This document shows positions 23,370 through 24,000 of a DNA stretch of 24,000 nt, one piece after another. Numbering within the stretch: position 1 is the stretch's first letter; each line of letters opens with the position of its first letter. The stretch lies in NCBI RefSeq assembly GCF_049310065.1, contig NZ_JBMDLB010000007.1:1549224-1573223 (forward strand), given 5' to 3'. This stretch comes from Streptomyces sp. 5.8. Lineage in GTDB: Bacteria; Actinomycetota; Actinomycetes; Streptomycetales; Streptomycetaceae. The translations under genes and the position numbers were made by a program. The notes beneath the pieces are model-generated. The model was not told the origin of the DNA, did not search any database, and worked only from the letters and a program-made list of their open reading frames with translations.

Positions 23370-24000
23370 ATGTCGAAGCGCACGCTGACGACCGAGTCTG
23401 GCGCCCCGGTCGCCGACAACCAGAACTCCGCTACCGCCGGCGTCGGTGGCCCCCTGCTGATCCAGGACCAGCAGCTCCTGGAGAAGCTCGCCCGCTTCAA
23501 CCGCGAGCGCATCCCGGAGCGCGTGGTGCACGCCCGCGGTTCCGCCGCGTACGGCCACTTCGAGGTGACCGACGACGTCACCGCGTACACCAGCGCCGCG
23601 TTCCTGAACACGGTCGGCAAGAAGACCGAGACCTTCCTGCGGTTCTCCACCGTCGCCGACTCGCTGGGTGGCGCGGACGCCGTCCGCGACCCGCGCGGCT
23701 TCGCGCTGAAGTTCTACACCGAAGAGGGCAACTACGACCTCGTCGGCAACAACACCCCGGTGTTCTTCATCAAGGACCCGATCAAGTTCCCCGACTTCAT
23801 CCACTCCCAGAAGCGCGACCCCTTCACGGGCAAGCAGGAAGCGGACAACGTCTGGGACTTCTGGGCGCACGCCCCCGAGGCGACGCACCAGATCACCTGG
23901 CTGATGGGTGACCGCGGCATCCCGGCGTCGTACCGTCACATGAACGGCTACGGCTCCCACACGTACCAGTGGACCAACGCCCAGGGCGAGGCCTTCTTCG
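23370..24000 (+). CDS. katA: Monofunctional heme catalase, 3'-partial (runs off window)
   Basis: My manual translation from ATG 23370 gives [66 protein letters not shown]...RFSTVA...[32 protein letters not shown]. These are canonical catalase motifs. This ORF is not in the supplied track because it has no stop within the window. Confidence 0.95.
   Translation, partial: MSKRTLTTESGAPVADNQNSATAGVGGPLLIQDQQLLEKLARFNRERIPERVVHARGSAAYGHFEVTDDVTAYTSAAFLNTVGKKTETFLRFSTVADSLGGADAVRDPRGFALKFYTEEGNYDLVGNNTPVFFIKDPIKFPDFIHSQKRDPFTGKQEADNVWDFWAHAPEATHQITWLMGDRGIPASYRHMNGYGSHTYQWTNAQGEAFF

Overview
This is very GC-rich actinomycete (Streptomyces-like) chromosomal DNA. Most long alternative-frame ORFs in the track are GC artefacts; only one frame per locus carries a recognisable protein family.

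Gene content, left to right:
- A DesK/NarL-type two-component pair (1-1664), followed by a GC-rich repeat cluster and a small membrane protein.
- A MocR (GntR-aminotransferase) regulator, divergent from a small ORF plus a MobA/MocA-like nucleotidyltransferase.
- Malate synthase A and a secreted SGNH/GDSL hydrolase.
- A DEDDh exonuclease gene split by a complete IS607-family element. The element has a serine-recombinase tnpA translationally coupled to an apparently intact tnpB.
- An Mth938-like domain in frame with the exonuclease 3' fragment.
- A STAND/NB-ARC-TPR ATPase divergent from a tandem Lrp/AsnC regulator.
- A urate/purine catabolic block on the minus strand: NCS2 permease, 8-oxoguanine-deaminase-like amidohydrolase, uricase, HIU hydrolase and OHCU decarboxylase.
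- A translationally coupled YkoF-like/HTH pair.
- On the plus strand, hydroxypyruvate isomerase, tartronate semialdehyde reductase and a catalase that runs off the 3' edge.

Most noteworthy non-coding signals:
1. A TCAAC-N5-GTTGA dyad overlaps the -35 of three promoter-like sites, in front of uraD-uraH-uricase, catalase and malate synthase.
2. A 16-nt TTCCGCA-NN-ACGGAAG element is shared by the hyi and catalase leaders and can form hairpins that sequester the Shine-Dalgarno (SD) sequence or pair alternatively.
3. A dispersed and tandem GC-rich repeat family occurs at two loci; one copy supplies the 3' end of the Lrp-like ORF.
4. The IS607 tnpB has a candidate omega RNA reading into the disrupted exonuclease.

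No CRISPR array, tRNA or rRNA was seen.
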